This document shows positions 1-10,152 of a stretch of DNA of 24,000 nucleotides, one piece after another. This DNA is from Cognatazoarcus halotolerans (GTDB lineage: Bacteria > Pseudomonadota > Gammaproteobacteria > Burkholderiales > Rhodocyclaceae), in NCBI RefSeq assembly GCF_009800965.1, contig NZ_WUAF01000002.1, positions 84,299 to 108,298 on the forward strand. Direction: 5' to 3'. The notes under the pieces were generated by a model. It made no database searches. It was given only the letters and a program-made list of their open reading frames with translations, and was not told where the DNA came from. Made by a program: the position numbers and the translations under genes. Numbering within the stretch: position 1 is the first letter of the stretch; every line of letters starts with the position of its first letter.

Positions 1-2
1 TG

Positions 3-830
3 AGTGACGACGCCGGCCGTGTGTCAGGCACCTCGACCCGGCTGGCCGGCTCGGTTGGGTCCTTGAGCGACAGCGTCGATCAACAGAACCAGTCCACGGA
101 ATCGATGGCTGCTTCCGTCGAGGAATTGGCGGTGAGCGTCAACCATGTCAGCGAAAGCGCCGAGCACGCGGAGAAAATATCCTCCCGCTCGGCGGAGCTG
201 GCGCGACGCGGCGCAGAGGTGATCGAGCGCACCATCAACGACATGCTTGCCATGACCGAGACGGTCAAGCGATCGGAACAGACCGTCCGCTCCCTGAGCG
301 ATCGTTCCCGCGAGATCGGCTCGGTGACCAACATGATCAATGAACTGGCCGAGCAGACCAATCTGCTGGCGCTCAATGCCGCGATCGAGGCCGCCCGCGC
401 AGGTGAGCAGGGACGTGGCTTTGCCGTGGTCGCCGACGAAGTCAGAAAGCTCGCCGAGCGCACGGCGGCCGCCACCAAACAGATCTCGGCCGTGGTCAGC
501 GCCATCGAATCGGAAGCGGAAACCGCCACTTCGGTGATGGACAGGGCGATCCATCAGGTGGCGGCAAATGCCGAAGGGGCCCGCGAGGCAGGTTCCGCCA
601 TCGATGACATCCGCCGCGGCGCACACGACGTGGTCAGCGTCAGCCACGACATTTCCGCCGCCCTGAACGAGCAGAAACTGGCCGGCGACAGCATCGCCCG
701 GCGGGTCGAGGCAATCGCGACCTTGAGCGAGGAAAATGCAAACGCCCTGGGCGAGGTGCGTTCAGCCTCGCAGGCGCTCGACAAGCTGTCCATGGAGATG
801 CACGCGATCGTCGCGCGCTTCCGTGTCTGA
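3..830 (+). CDS. Methyl-accepting chemotaxis protein, C-terminal signalling domain only (5' end lies outside the window)
   Basis: The frame is open from nt 3, with no stop before the track's GTG at 21. The translation contains the conserved MCP hairpin-tip motif [40 protein letters not shown]. It ends ...HAIVARFRV with TGA at 828-830. Confidence 0.9.
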   Translation, partial: SDDAGRVSGTSTRLAGSVGSLSDSVDQQNQSTESMAASVEELAVSVNHVSESAEHAEKISSRSAELARRGAEVIERTINDMLAMTETVKRSEQTVRSLSDRSREIGSVTNMINELAEQTNLLALNAAIEAARAGEQGRGFAVVADEVRKLAERTAAATKQISAVVSAIESEAETATSVMDRAIHQVAANAEGAREAGSAIDDIRRGAHDVVSVSHDISAALNEQKLAGDSIARRVEAIATLSEENANALGEVRSASQALDKLSMEMHAIVARFRV

Positions 831-928
831 CGGGTGCCGGTTGTCCGGCTGCTGCGCGGGGGTGCATGCTTCCGGGCGGACGCCCACTCATCGTCCAGCC
901 TCGGAGGCCGGCGACCCCCGGAGAAGAC

Positions 929-1354
929 TCAGGCGCCGGCGTAGCCCGGCGGGTGCGCCTTGAACCAGGCGGAGATGTCCGGCATCGCCGGCTCGAACGG
1001 CCCCGGCGAGGAAATGTTCAGTATGCCGGCCCGGCAGTCGCCACGATTCTCGAAATCGTGGGTGACGCCGCCGGGGATGAGCACAAAGGCGCCGCGTTCC
1101 GCATCGATCCATGTGTCGTTCACAAGGATGCTCATGGTTCCCTCGATGACGTAGAAAACGTCGTCCTCTTCATGCGAATGTGCCCCTGGCCCCTTCGTGT
1201 GCGGCTCGAGCCACCACTCCGATATCGAGTAATTCGAGCGCGTTTCGGTCTGGTCGGCCTTGAACACGGCCGAGATCCGACCCATCGAATACGTCCTGCC
1301 TTCGCCCGGCCGCAGCACGATGGCCGCTCGATCGATTGAATCCGGATTGCTCAT
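929..1354 (-). CDS. Cupin-domain protein (141 aa), function unknown
   Basis: This is the internal ATG (complement of cat at 1352-1354) of the 929..1567 track ORF; the upstream 71 codons look non-biological. Both canonical cupin motifs are present: GPGAHSHEEDDVFYVIEG (G-x5-HxH-x3-E-x6-G type) and GAFVLIPGGVTHDFEN (G-x5-PxG-x2-H-x3-N). Confidence 0.8.
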   Translation of the reverse strand: MSNPDSIDRAAIVLRPGEGRTYSMGRISAVFKADQTETRSNYSISEWWLEPHTKGPGAHSHEEDDVFYVIEGTMSILVNDTWIDAERGAFVLIPGGVTHDFENRGDCRAGILNISSPGPFEPAMPDISAWFKAHPPGYAGA

Positions 1355-1382
1355 TTCCTGCCCCAACGCGCGCCAGAGCGCT

Positions 1383-1925
1383 TTAGCCCAGAAGCGTGGC
1401 CCACCAGAGACGTGCGCGCAAGCTCCATGAGGGCGTGTACCCCACGGAGACAGCACGAATTCCACCGGTGGGGCCGACCACCACCATCGCCGGTACCCCG
1501 CGAAGGCCGAACCGGGCGGCCAGTGCGCCGTCGGGATCGATGGCGGTTGGCCAGTCGAGGTTGGCATTGCGGAGATAGTGGCGTACTTGAGCCGCGTTGC
1601 CCGAGCTCATCGCCACGGTGAGCACCGGCCAGTCGGCCATCACGGCTTCGACCGCGCCCCGTTGCGCACGACACACCCCGCACCAATCGGCCCAGAAATA
1701 GATCATCACCGGCTTGCCTGCATGTTGGGAGCGCCAGCTGCTCAAGGTCACCTCGCCGCCATCGGCGAGTGGCGCCTGAAAGGCGGGTGCCTGACCGGCA
1801 GGTACGTGGCGGGTCTGAACCCAGTGCATGCCGGCGAGAATGGCCAGCAGAAAGGCCAGGTCGCGCAGCCAGGCTCTTCGGCGGCTGCGCGCCGGGGCGG
1901 TCGTGGGGGCGGGTGTCATCGTCAT
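1383..1925 (-). CDS. Membrane-anchored TlpA/thioredoxin-fold thiol:disulfide oxidoreductase
   Basis: The translation carries a thioredoxin-type active site in VMIYFWADWCGVCRAQ (WCxxC). It is preceded by an Arg-rich stretch and a hydrophobic anchor (RSRRRAWLRDLAFLLAILAGMHWV). I chose the start at MTMTPAP (ATG at 1925); the track ORF start at 2024 is an alternative. The gene ends 28 nt upstream of the cupin start, so co-transcription is likely. Confidence 0.8.
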   Translation of the reverse strand: MTMTPAPTTAPARSRRRAWLRDLAFLLAILAGMHWVQTRHVPAGQAPAFQAPLADGGEVTLSSWRSQHAGKPVMIYFWADWCGVCRAQRGAVEAVMADWPVLTVAMSSGNAAQVRHYLRNANLDWPTAIDPDGALAARFGLRGVPAMVVVGPTGGIRAVSVGYTPSWSLRARLWWATLLG

Positions 1926-2104
1926 GGTCGAATCGACTCGTCGGGCGGCCAAAAGTTTGCACCGGGTCTGTTGGTACCGCTCGATTGCCAGTCGGCGCCG
2001 ACGATGGCCAAGCCACCCCTGCATAGCCTGCTTCGACGGTGGGCCGTCGTGCGACCGTCAGACGGCGTTGCCCAAGCGTCCCGTTGCGAGCGGATCCGGC
2101 TGCA

Positions 2105-2133
2105 CGCCAGATCGACGGGGATCGTCTCTGGCG
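2105..2133 (-). terminator. Candidate stem-loop 14 nt downstream of the FTR1 permease stop (no U-tract)
   Basis: The sequence cgccaga-tc-gacg-gggat-cgtc-tctggcg forms 11 bp of stem with a 2-nt bulge. No T-run follows on the minus strand, so it is at best a weak or factor-dependent terminator. Confidence 0.25.
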
Positions 2134-2146
2134 CGCGGGGATACCC

Positions 2147-2968
2147 TCAAGCAGCCCCGAGCCGAGCCGGCCGCTGGCGGGCGAGTCGCATGCCGATCAC
2201 GATGATCGCGAGTGCGCTGATGTAGAAGAGCGCCTGCATGGCGCTTGGCCGTGCGTCGTAGCCGGCGAGTACGTGGAGCAGGGTACCGAGCGCGGAGCCG
2301 TCGGGGATCAGACGGGAGGTGTCCCAGATCGGGCTGGCAATGGCCGGGATGATATCGCCCTGAATGAGAAAGCGAGCCATCTGGCCGGCCATGCCGGCGG
2401 CGATCAGCAGCACCATGACGGCGGTGACCGAGAAGAACCAGCGTACCGGGATGCGCAGCAGGCCCATGTAGAGCGCGGCGCCCACCAGCGCACCGGCACC
2501 GAGTCCGAGCGCGCCGCCGGCCAGCACCTGTCCGGTTGTTTCGCCCTGCGAGGCGATGCCGTACAGAAAGAGCACGGTCTCGGCGCCTTCGCGCAGCACC
2601 GCGAGCGCGATCACCAGCGCGATGGCGGAGAGTTCGCGCTTGCCGTCGGCCACGTCCTGCACCACAGAGCGGGCGTCGGTGATCATCTGGCGCGCGTGCT
2701 GGCTCATCCAGATGTTGTGCCAGGCGAGCATCACGACGGCGAGGCCGAGGATGCCGGCGGTGAGCAGCTCCTGGCCGACACCGTCGGCCAGCTCGCCGAT
2801 GGTGCTGGTGAATGCCGCGACGACGAAGGCGCCCGCCACGCCGGCCGCGACGCCTGCGGCCAGCCAGCGATTGCGCCCGGGCAGGCTGCGCGCGGCGGCC
2901 GCGATGATGCCGATGAGCAGCGCGGCCTCAAGGGATTCGCGGAAAACGATGATCGCAGCGCCGAGCAT
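2147..2968 (-). CDS. FTR1/EfeU-family high-affinity iron permease
   Basis: This is a polytopic hydrophobic protein of 273 aa. It carries the two signature REXXE iron-binding motifs of the FTR1 family: RESLE near the N-terminus (MLGAAIIVFRESLEAALL) and REGAE (LAVLREGAETVLFLYG). Confidence 0.9.
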   Translation of the reverse strand: MLGAAIIVFRESLEAALLIGIIAAAARSLPGRNRWLAAGVAAGVAGAFVVAAFTSTIGELADGVGQELLTAGILGLAVVMLAWHNIWMSQHARQMITDARSVVQDVADGKRELSAIALVIALAVLREGAETVLFLYGIASQGETTGQVLAGGALGLGAGALVGAALYMGLLRIPVRWFFSVTAVMVLLIAAGMAGQMARFLIQGDIIPAIASPIWDTSRLIPDGSALGTLLHVLAGYDARPSAMQALFYISALAIIVIGMRLARQRPARLGAA

Positions 2969-2973
2969 GATTG

Positions 2974-3291
2974 TTATTCCGCGATGACCACGCCACGCGC
3001 GGTGTCTTCGTGGAACTCCCCGACAAAGGTGTATTTGCCCGGTTTGAGCGGGCCGATGAAGATGCTGGCGGTGCTGCCGGGGGCAATGACCTTCTCGCGG
3101 TTGAGCTGATGGCTCTCGAATTCCTCGGGGGTGCTGTCCTGGTTATGGACCCGTAGCTTGACTTTGGTGCCGGCCGGCACATGCACTTCCTCGGGGCTGA
3201 AGCGATGGTCCTTGATCTCGAGCGCGAACTCGGGGGTGGCGGCGAAGGCGGCCAGAGGAAGGGCGAGGCAGAGGGCAAGGACGTGCTTCAT
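2974..3291 (-). CDS. Secreted cupredoxin-like protein, partner of the FTR1 permease (FtrB-like)
   Basis: The 105-aa product has a signal peptide (MKHVLALCLALPLAAFA/ATPE) and a beta-rich sequence typical of the small cupredoxin-domain proteins encoded next to FTR1 permeases. A GGAG RBS lies 7-10 nt before the ATG. The stop is 5 nt upstream of the permease start. Confidence 0.8.
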   Translation of the reverse strand: MKHVLALCLALPLAAFAATPEFALEIKDHRFSPEEVHVPAGTKVKLRVHNQDSTPEEFESHQLNREKVIAPGSTASIFIGPLKPGKYTFVGEFHEDTARGVVIAE

Positions 3292-3315
3292 GACAGACTC
3301 CGGGGTTGATGCGAA

Positions 3316-3346
3316 GAATGATAACGATTCGTATTAATGGAAGCAA
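3316..3346 (-). promoter_or_regulatory. Candidate sigma70 promoter overlapped by a Fur-box-like sequence, upstream of the cupredoxin/FTR1 pair
   Basis: The minus strand reads TTGCTT (3346-3341), a 17-nt spacer, then TATCAT (3323-3318). This lies in a locally AT-rich patch. The plus-strand sequence aatgataacgattcgtatt matches about 12/19 of the Fur consensus GATAATGATAATCATTATC and covers the spacer and -10 element. The match was made by eye only. Confidence 0.45.
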
Positions 3347-3476
3347 TTCTCGTATCGCTCAAGGCGTGTGCGTGCTTGCTGCGTACGAATTCGTCCTCCT
3401 GGCAGTGCGTTTCGCGGGCCGCGTTTTCGCGCTTCTCGAGCGCACATGGCCTGCGCGAGAGCTGGGCCTGAAGGCA

Positions 3477-3506
3477 GAAAAAACCCGCTCTCGGGGGAGA
3501 GCGGGC
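3477..3506 (-). terminator. Rho-independent terminator ending the cbb operon (downstream of fba)
   Basis: The minus strand reads gCCCGCTCTCccccGAGAGCGGGttttttc. This is a perfect 9-bp GC-rich stem (3484-3492 / 3497-3505) with a 4-nt loop and a T6 tract. It lies 86 nt after the fba stop. There is no T-tract on the plus strand, so it is strand-specific. Confidence 0.8.
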
Positions 3507-3591
3507 GAAACTGCCATGTCGTGGGGCAGGGAGAAGAGTGGGCCGGGGCCTTGCCGGGGACCGTGCTGGCCAGAGCCTTTCCGGCAGGGCT

Positions 3592-4632
3592 TCAGTTGCG
3601 ATAGCGCCTTGCCATCGCCTCCATCGGCAGTGGCTTGATCCGGCCCGCCTGGCCGGTGCAGCCGAAGGCTTCGAAACGCTGGCGGCAGATCCGTTCGGCG
3701 GCATCCCGGGCGGCCTTGAAGAATTTTCGCGGATCGAACTCGCGCCTGTCGGTGACGGCCAGCTTGCGCATCGCGCCGCTCATGGCGAGGCGCAGGTCGG
3801 TGTCGATGTTGATCTTGCGCACACCGCTCTTGATGCCTTCGACGATGGCTTCGACCGGTACGCCCCAGGTCTGGTCGATCTCGCCGCCATGCTCGCGGAT
3901 GATGGCGAGGCATTCCTGCGGCACGCTGCTCGCGCCGTGCATGACCAGGTGGGTGTCCGGAATGCGCGCATGGATGGCGCGGATACGGTCGATGGCGAGA
4001 ATGTCGCCGGTCGGCGGACGGCTGAACTTGTAGGCGCCATGGCTGGTGCCGATGGCCACTGCGAGCGCATCGACACCGGTGGCGGCGACAAAGTCGGCAG
4101 CCTCGGCGGGGTCGGTGAGCAACTGAGAGTGGTCCAGCGTGCCGGCGGCGCCGACGCCATCCTCTTCGCCCGCCAGGCCGGTTTCGAGCGAGCCGAGACA
4201 ACCGAGTTCGCCTTCCACGGAGACGCCCACGGCGTGGGCCATGTCCACCACGCGGCGCGTGGTCTCGACGTTGTAGTCGTAGCGCGCGGGGGTCTTCATG
4301 TCCTCCTGCAGCGAGCCGTCCATCATCACGCTGGTGAAGCCCGAACGGATCGACTGCAGGCACACCGAGGGCGAAGCGCCGTGATCCTGGTGCAGGCATA
4401 CCGGGATGTCCGGATAGCGTTCCACCGCGGCTTCCACCATCTTTCGCAGGAAGGCTTCGCCGGCGTAGCCGCGCGCGCCGGCGCTGGCCTGCAGGATCAC
4501 CGGCGCGTCCAGCCCCTCGGCGGCGGCCATGATGGCCTGGATCTGTTCCATGTTGTTGATGTTGAATGCCGGAACGCCGTACGTGCGTTCGGCGGCGTGG
4601 TCGAGCAATTGCCTGAGGGCGATGAAGGCCAT
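3592..4632 (-). CDS. fba: Fructose-1,6-/sedoheptulose-1,7-bisphosphate aldolase, class II, Calvin-cycle type (CbbA)
   Basis: The 346-aa product begins with the N-terminus typical of class II FBA ([30 protein letters not shown]...). An AGGAGA RBS precedes the ATG. It is the last gene of the cbb operon. Confidence 0.95.
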   Translation of the reverse strand: MAFIALRQLLDHAAERTYGVPAFNINNMEQIQAIMAAAEGLDAPVILQASAGARGYAGEAFLRKMVEAAVERYPDIPVCLHQDHGASPSVCLQSIRSGFTSVMMDGSLQEDMKTPARYDYNVETTRRVVDMAHAVGVSVEGELGCLGSLETGLAGEEDGVGAAGTLDHSQLLTDPAEAADFVAATGVDALAVAIGTSHGAYKFSRPPTGDILAIDRIRAIHARIPDTHLVMHGASSVPQECLAIIREHGGEIDQTWGVPVEAIVEGIKSGVRKINIDTDLRLAMSGAMRKLAVTDRREFDPRKFFKAARDAAERICRQRFEAFGCTGQAGRIKPLPMEAMARRYRN

Positions 4633-4683
4633 GGCTTTCTCCTGGCGGGGTCGGTAGTGGGTCGATTCCGCGTACGGGCGCGC

Positions 4684-5916
4684 TCAGGCCGGCGCGATTT
4701 CGAGCGCCGCGCGGTGCGTCACCAACGGGGCACCCGGCTGTGTGCGGCTTTCGAGCGCTTCGAGCGCGGGCAGTTTTCGGCCTTCCAGGAACGCGAGGAA
4801 GGCGCCGCCGCCGGTGGAGATGTAATCGATCCGGTCGGCCACGCCGAAGTGCGCGATCGCGGCCAGCGTGTCGCCTCCGCCGGCAATGCTGTAGGCCGGG
4901 CTCGCCGCCACGGCCGTGGCGAGCGCGCGCGTGCCGGCGGCAAATGTGTCGAGTTCGAACACGCCGACCGGTCCATTCCACACGATGCTGCCAGCGCGCG
5001 CCAGCGTGGCGGCGAGCGAGGCGCGGGCGTCGGGGCCGATGTCGAGGATCATCTCGCGCTTGCCGACGTCGTCGACGCTCACCACGCGGCTGGCGGCATC
5101 GGCCGCCAGCCTGTCCGCCACCACCACGTCCTCCGGCAGCCAGACGAGGCCGCCGCGTGCCGCGAGCCGCCGCTCGACCGTTCCGGCGGCGGCGAGCAGG
5201 CGGGATTCGTGAAGCGAGTTGCCCACCTCGTGGCCACGTGCGGCGAGAAAGGTGTTGGCGATGCCGCCGCCAAGCACCAATACATCGACCTGCTCGGCGA
5301 GGCTCTCGAGCATCTCCAGCTTGGTGGACACCTTGGAGCCGGCCACGATTGCCGCCAGCGGCCGTGCCGGACGGGCCAGCGCGCGCCCGAGCGCATCGAG
5401 TTCGCTGGTCATGAGCGGGCCGGCGCAGGCCACCGGCGCGGCCAGGGCAAGTGCATGCAGGGTGCATTCGCGACGATGGGCGGCGCCGAACGCGTCGTTC
5501 ACATACACGTCGACGAAGCGTGCGATGCGAGCGGCGAGCGACGGGTCGTTGGCCTTCTCACCGTGGTTGCCGCGGCAGTTCTCGAGCAGTACCACGTCGC
5601 CCGCGGCGAGCGGAAAGTCGCCATCGACCCAGTTGCGTACCAGTGGCACCGGACGACCCAGCAGGCTGCCGAGGGATTCTGCCACCGGCGCGAGCGAATC
5701 GCCGGGCGCGAGTGCGCCCTCCCGCGGACGGCCGAGGTGCGAGGTGATCATTATCGCCGCGCCGGCTTCCCGGCAGGCGAGGATGCCGGGCAGCGCGGCG
5801 CGGATGCGGGTGTCGTCCGAGAGGCTGCCGTCGGCATTGAGGGGTACGTTGAAATCGGCGCGGATGAAGACCCGCTTGCCGGCAAGGTCGACGTCGGAGA
5901 GGCTCGGGAAATTCAT
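4684..5916 (-). CDS. pgk: Phosphoglycerate kinase (CbbK)
   Basis: The 410-aa product begins [26 protein letters not shown]..., the conserved PGK N-terminus. A GGAG RBS is present. The gene sits between tkt and fba. Confidence 0.95.
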   Translation of the reverse strand: MNFPSLSDVDLAGKRVFIRADFNVPLNADGSLSDDTRIRAALPGILACREAGAAIMITSHLGRPREGALAPGDSLAPVAESLGSLLGRPVPLVRNWVDGDFPLAAGDVVLLENCRGNHGEKANDPSLAARIARFVDVYVNDAFGAAHRRECTLHALALAAPVACAGPLMTSELDALGRALARPARPLAAIVAGSKVSTKLEMLESLAEQVDVLVLGGGIANTFLAARGHEVGNSLHESRLLAAAGTVERRLAARGGLVWLPEDVVVADRLAADAASRVVSVDDVGKREMILDIGPDARASLAATLARAGSIVWNGPVGVFELDTFAAGTRALATAVAASPAYSIAGGGDTLAAIAHFGVADRIDYISTGGGAFLAFLEGRKLPALEALESRTQPGAPLVTHRAALEIAPA

Positions 5917-5976
5917 GGGGGACTCCGGTGCATGTGGATCGGTGGGTCTCGAGCGCCTTGTTGCGGTGACGCGTCT

Positions 5977-8019
5977 TCAATCCAGTAGGCAGTGGGCGGC
6001 TGTCACGACGTGCTCGACGGTGAAGCCGAAGGCGTCCATCAACGCGTTTGCGGGAGCCGATTCGCCGAATCGGGTGATGCCGATGACCCCGCCCCGTACG
6101 CCGGCAAGGTAACGCCACCAGCCGTCGGGATGCGCGGCTTCGATGACGAGGCGCGGCACTCCGGGGGGCAGCACGGCGTTGCGCCAGCCTTCCGGCTGCC
6201 GGTCGAAGATGCTGGTGCATGGCATCGAGACCACGCGGGCGGCAATGCCCTCATCGTCGAGCCGCGCTTTCGCCGCCATGGCAAGGGCGACCTCCGAGCC
6301 GGTGGCGGTGAGCACGATCGTTGGTTGCTCAGCATCGGCCAGCACATAGCCGCCGCGCGCGATCGCCTCGAGCTGGGCCTCGTCGCGAGGCTGATGCGGC
6401 AGGTTCTGGCGCGACAGGGCCAGCAGAGTGGGGCCGGCATCCTTGCCGTCGCGAAGCACCGCGGCGTTCCACGCGGCCTGGGTTTCCACCGCGTCGCAGG
6501 GGCGCCACAGGTCGAGACCGGGGATCAGGCGCAGGCTGGCAAGTTGTTCGACGGGCTGGTGGGTGGGGCCGTCCTCGCCGAGGCCGATCGAGTCGTGTGT
6601 CATCACGTAGATCACCCGCTGACGCATCAGCGCGCTCATGCGGATGGCGTTGCGGGCGTAGTCGGAAAACACCAGGAACGTGGCGCCGAAGGGCAGGTGG
6701 CCACCGTGCAGGGCGATGCCGTTGAGCGCCGCCGCCATGCCGAACTCGCGTACCCCCCAATTGACGTGGCGGGCGCGCGGCGTGCTCGGGAGTTCGGCGC
6801 GCACCGCGCCGCAATCAGGCCAGTCGGTGAGGTTGGAGTGGGTCAGGTCCGCCGAGCCGCCGAGCAGCTCGGGCAGTGCCCGGGCGAGCCGCGCGATGGC
6901 CTGCTGGCTGGCCTTGCGGCTGGCGACGGTGGCGGATTCGTTGTGCACCTTGCGCAGCAGCGCATCGGCCAGCACCTTGAAACCCATTGGCAAGATGCCG
7001 GCGGTGCGGCGCGTGAACTCTGCCGCGAGTTCGGGATGGGCCGCGGCATAGGCGTCAAGGCGGCGCCGCCAGTCGGCGTGACGGGCGGCGCCGGCTTCGC
7101 GGGCGTCGAAGGCTGCGCGGATTTCGTCCGGCACCTCGAAGGGGGCGTGCCGCCAGCCCAGCGCGTTGCGCGTGTCGGCGATCTCGGCGCTGCCCAGCGG
7201 TGCGCCGTGGATGCCTGCCGTGCCGGCGCGGCCGGGGCTGCCCCGGCCGATGGTGGTGCGACAGCAGATCAGGGTCGGTCCGCGGTCGCCATCGGCATGG
7301 GCGCGCGCGCAGCGGATGGCGGCATCCACGGCCTCGACGTCGTGACCGTCGACTGCTTCGATGACGTTCCAGCCATAGGCGCGGAAGCGCGTCGCGGTGT
7401 CGTCGCCGAACCAGCCCGCCACGTCGCCGTCGATCGAGATTCGGTTGTCGTCCCACAGACAGATCAGCTTCGACAGGCGCAGCACGCCGGCCAGACTGGC
7501 GGCCTCGTGGCTGATGCCTTCCATGAGACAGCCGTCGCCGAGGAAGACCCAGCTGCGGTGATCGACGATGGTGTGGCCGGGCCGGTTGAACTCGGCAGCC
7601 AGCAGCTTTTCGGCGAGCGCCATGCCGACTGCGTTGGCCAGACCCTGCCCGAGCGGCCCGGTGGTGGTTTCGACGCCCGGTGTGTGGCCGACCTCGGGAT
7701 GACCGGGGGTGTGGCTGCCGTGCTGGCGGAAGCGCTTGAGTTCGTCCAGCGGCAGGGCGTAGCCGGTGAGGTGGAGCAGGGCGTAGAGCAGCATCGAGCC
7801 GTGGCCGTTGCTGAGCACGAAACGGTCGCGATCGGGCCACTGCGGCTCGGCGGGGTCGTGGCGCAGGTGGCGGGTCCACAGCGCGACGGCGATCTCGGCC
7901 ATGCCCATCGGCATGCCCGGGTGGCCGCTGGCGGCGGCCTCGACCGCGTCAATGGCGAGGAAGCGCAGCGCGTTGGCGCACAGGGTGTCGAGTGCGCGGG
8001 AGGACAGGCGGGCGGTCAT
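5977..8019 (-). CDS. tkt: Transketolase (CbbT)
   Basis: The 680-aa product carries the N-terminal TPP-binding signature [37 protein letters not shown] precedes the ATG at 8019. Confidence 0.95.
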   Translation of the reverse strand: MTARLSSRALDTLCANALRFLAIDAVEAAASGHPGMPMGMAEIAVALWTRHLRHDPAEPQWPDRDRFVLSNGHGSMLLYALLHLTGYALPLDELKRFRQHGSHTPGHPEVGHTPGVETTTGPLGQGLANAVGMALAEKLLAAEFNRPGHTIVDHRSWVFLGDGCLMEGISHEAASLAGVLRLSKLICLWDDNRISIDGDVAGWFGDDTATRFRAYGWNVIEAVDGHDVEAVDAAIRCARAHADGDRGPTLICCRTTIGRGSPGRAGTAGIHGAPLGSAEIADTRNALGWRHAPFEVPDEIRAAFDAREAGAARHADWRRRLDAYAAAHPELAAEFTRRTAGILPMGFKVLADALLRKVHNESATVASRKASQQAIARLARALPELLGGSADLTHSNLTDWPDCGAVRAELPSTPRARHVNWGVREFGMAAALNGIALHGGHLPFGATFLVFSDYARNAIRMSALMRQRVIYVMTHDSIGLGEDGPTHQPVEQLASLRLIPGLDLWRPCDAVETQAAWNAAVLRDGKDAGPTLLALSRQNLPHQPRDEAQLEAIARGGYVLADAEQPTIVLTATGSEVALAMAAKARLDDEGIAARVVSMPCTSIFDRQPEGWRNAVLPPGVPRLVIEAAHPDGWWRYLAGVRGGVIGITRFGESAPANALMDAFGFTVEHVVTAAHCLLD

Positions 8020-8050
8020 GGGCGGTCTCCGTGATGGTTGTCGACGGTCG

Positions 8051-8926
8051 TCACAGCAGCGCGCGGCGGCGTTCCATGAGGCGCCAGATGAAGGGCGTGA
8101 AGATCAGCTGCATGGCCAGCTCCATCTTTCCGCCCGGCACCACGATGGTGTTGGCGCGGCTCATGAAGCTGTCGTGGATCATGTTCTGCAGGTAGGGAAA
8201 GTCGATGCCCTTGGGGTTGGCGAAGCGGATCACCACCATCGATTCGTCGGCGGTGGGGATCGCCCGCGCAATGAAGGGGTTGGAGGTGTCCACCATCGGC
8301 ACCCGCTGGAAGTTCACATGGGTGCGGGCGAACTGCGGGCAGATGTGGTTCACATAGTCCGGCATGCGACGCAGGATGGTGTCGGTGACCGCCTCGGTGG
8401 AGTAGCCGCGCATGTTCTTGTCGCGATGCAGCTTCTGGATCCATTCGAGGTTGATCACCGGCACCACGCCGATCAGCAGGTCGGTGTGTCGGGCGATGTT
8501 GATGTCGCCATGCACCACGCCCGCATGCAGGCCTTCGTAGAACAGCAGGTCGGTGTTCGCCGGCAGGTCTTCCCACGGCGTGAAGGTGCCTGGTTCCTGT
8601 TGGTAGGGGGCGGCTTCGTCGGCATCGTGCAGGTACTTGCGGCGCTGCCCGCGGCCGCGCTCGCCGTAGCTGCGGAACAGCGATTCGAGCTCGCCGAAGA
8701 GGTTGGCATCGGGGCCGAAATGGCTGAAATCGCAGTGTCCCTCGAGCTCGCACTCGGCGAGCCTGGCGCGCATGGCCTTGCGATCGTAGGCGTGGAAGCT
8801 GTCGCCTTCGATCATCGCGGCGGTCACGCCCTCGCGGCGGAAGATCTCTTCGAACGTGCGCTGCACGGTGCTGGTGCCGGCACCGGATGAGCCGGTGATG
8901 GCCACGATCGGATGACGCTCTGACAT
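8051..8926 (-). CDS. prk: Phosphoribulokinase (CbbP)
   Basis: This is the internal ATG (cat at 8924-8926) of the 437-aa track ORF. The 291-aa product starts [21 protein letters not shown], the P-loop of bacterial PRK. The upstream part of the ORF overlaps fbp and is Arg/Pro-rich junk. Confidence 0.95.
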   Translation of the reverse strand: MSERHPIVAITGSSGAGTSTVQRTFEEIFRREGVTAAMIEGDSFHAYDRKAMRARLAECELEGHCDFSHFGPDANLFGELESLFRSYGERGRGQRRKYLHDADEAAPYQQEPGTFTPWEDLPANTDLLFYEGLHAGVVHGDINIARHTDLLIGVVPVINLEWIQKLHRDKNMRGYSTEAVTDTILRRMPDYVNHICPQFARTHVNFQRVPMVDTSNPFIARAIPTADESMVVIRFANPKGIDFPYLQNMIHDSFMSRANTIVVPGGKMELAMQLIFTPFIWRLMERRRALL

Positions 8927-8970
8927 GGTGGTGTCCCCTCTTTTTGTACTGTGTTCGTTGTGCCGCCGGG

Positions 8971-10047
8971 TCAGGTGGCGAGGAACAGGCTGCGGCTGTT
9001 GAAGAGCGGCAGATCGTGGTGGTCCCCGCCGAGCAGCGGCTCGTTGTGGTAGCGCTCGATGCGCTCCACCTCCTCGCGCGAACCGAAGACGAAGCCGATG
9101 CGCTGGTGCAGCGCCTCGGGCTGCACGTCGAGCATCGGCCGCACGCCGGTGGATGCCCGCCCGCCGGCCTGTTCGATCAGGAAGCCGATCGGGTTGGCTT
9201 CGTAGAGCAGGCGCAGGCGCCCGGGTATGGCGGGGTCCTTGCGGTCGCGCGGGTAGAGAAATACGCCGCCGCGCATGAGGATGCGATGCGTCTCGGCGAC
9301 CAGCGAGGCCACCCAGCGCATGTTGAAGTCCTTGCCGCGGGGGCCGCTGCGCCCGGCCATGCATTCCTCGACATAGCGCTTCACCGGCGCTTCCCAGAAG
9401 CGTGAGTTGGAAGCGTTGATGGCGAACTCGCGGGTGGCCTCGGGCACGCGGATCCGTGGATGCGTGAGGAAGAATTCGCCGATGATCGGGTCGAAGGTGA
9501 AGCCCGCCACGCCGTGGCCGACGCTCAGCACCAGCATCGTCGAGGGTCCGTAGATTGCGTAGCCGGCCGCCACCTGACGGCTACCGGCCTGGAGGAAATC
9601 CACGGCAGAGGCGTCGACACCCGGCATGGGTGCCCGCAGGATCGAGAAGATCGAGCCCACCGTCACGTTCACGTCGATGTTGCTCGAACCGTCCAGCGGA
9701 TCGAAGGCGAGCAGGTACTTGCCGCGGCCGTGACCCTCGGGCAGCGGGATCGGCGCCTCGTTTTCTTCGGACAGCATGCCGGCGAGCTCGCCGCCCCAGT
9801 GGGTGGCGCGCAGGAAGATCTCGTCGGCCAGCACGTCGAGTTTCTTCTGGGTTTCACCCTGCACGTTGCGGGACTCGAGGGTGCCGAGGACATCGGCCAG
9901 CGCGCCATGGGCGACTGCCCGCGAGATGGCCTTGCAGGCCTGGGCGACCTGCAGGATCAGGGCATTGAACTCGCCGGTCGCGTCCGGATACTGGCGGCGC
10001 TGGGTGATCAGGTATTCGGTCAGCGTGGTGCGTTCGATCGAGAACAT
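8971..10047 (-). CDS. fbp: Fructose-1,6-/sedoheptulose-1,7-bisphosphatase, class 1 (CbbF)
   Basis: I chose the start at MFSIERTTLTEYLI (cat at 10045-10047). The 358-aa product contains the class 1 FBPase motifs LAFDPLDGSSNID and GGVFLYP. Confidence 0.93.
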   Translation of the reverse strand: MFSIERTTLTEYLITQRRQYPDATGEFNALILQVAQACKAISRAVAHGALADVLGTLESRNVQGETQKKLDVLADEIFLRATHWGGELAGMLSEENEAPIPLPEGHGRGKYLLAFDPLDGSSNIDVNVTVGSIFSILRAPMPGVDASAVDFLQAGSRQVAAGYAIYGPSTMLVLSVGHGVAGFTFDPIIGEFFLTHPRIRVPEATREFAINASNSRFWEAPVKRYVEECMAGRSGPRGKDFNMRWVASLVAETHRILMRGGVFLYPRDRKDPAIPGRLRLLYEANPIGFLIEQAGGRASTGVRPMLDVQPEALHQRIGFVFGSREEVERIERYHNEPLLGGDHHDLPLFNSRSLFLAT

Positions 10048-10152
10048 GGTGGGCCTCAAAAGGTCTGGCAGGGATGTGGGGTGGCAGGCTTGCGGCAAGG
10101 CGCGGACCTCCGGCCTGCGCCGGACGAACGTTTCCTCGGGATGCGGGCCGGG

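Noticed and set aside
836-849. Short hairpin gccgg-ttgt-ccggc after the MCP stop
   Set aside because: The stem is only 5 bp and no T-tract follows. This is insufficient for a terminator call.
3359-5988. 816-aa plus-strand ORF (3538..5988) and 702-aa minus-strand ORF (3359..5467) spanning fba and pgk
   Set aside because: These are antisense or alternative-frame shadows of fba and pgk. The translations are extreme Arg/Gly/Pro/Ala low-complexity sequence. They cross the fba-pgk intergenic gap only because stops are rare in this GC-rich DNA.
5992-8034. 680-aa plus-strand ORF mirroring transketolase almost exactly
   Set aside because: It is antisense to a clearly identified tkt gene. The product is low-complexity, rich in Gly, Ala, Arg and Val, with no recognisable motif. 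Stop-free antisense frames are expected in GC3-biased genes.
8927-9364. N-terminal 146-codon extension of the phosphoribulokinase track ORF; similar extensions of cbbS (to 12272), holC (to 22096), the cupin (to 1567) and pepA (to 23232)
   Set aside because: The extensions overlap the upstream gene and encode Arg/Pro-rich sequence. Internal starts with good RBSs give products of the canonical length and N-terminus.
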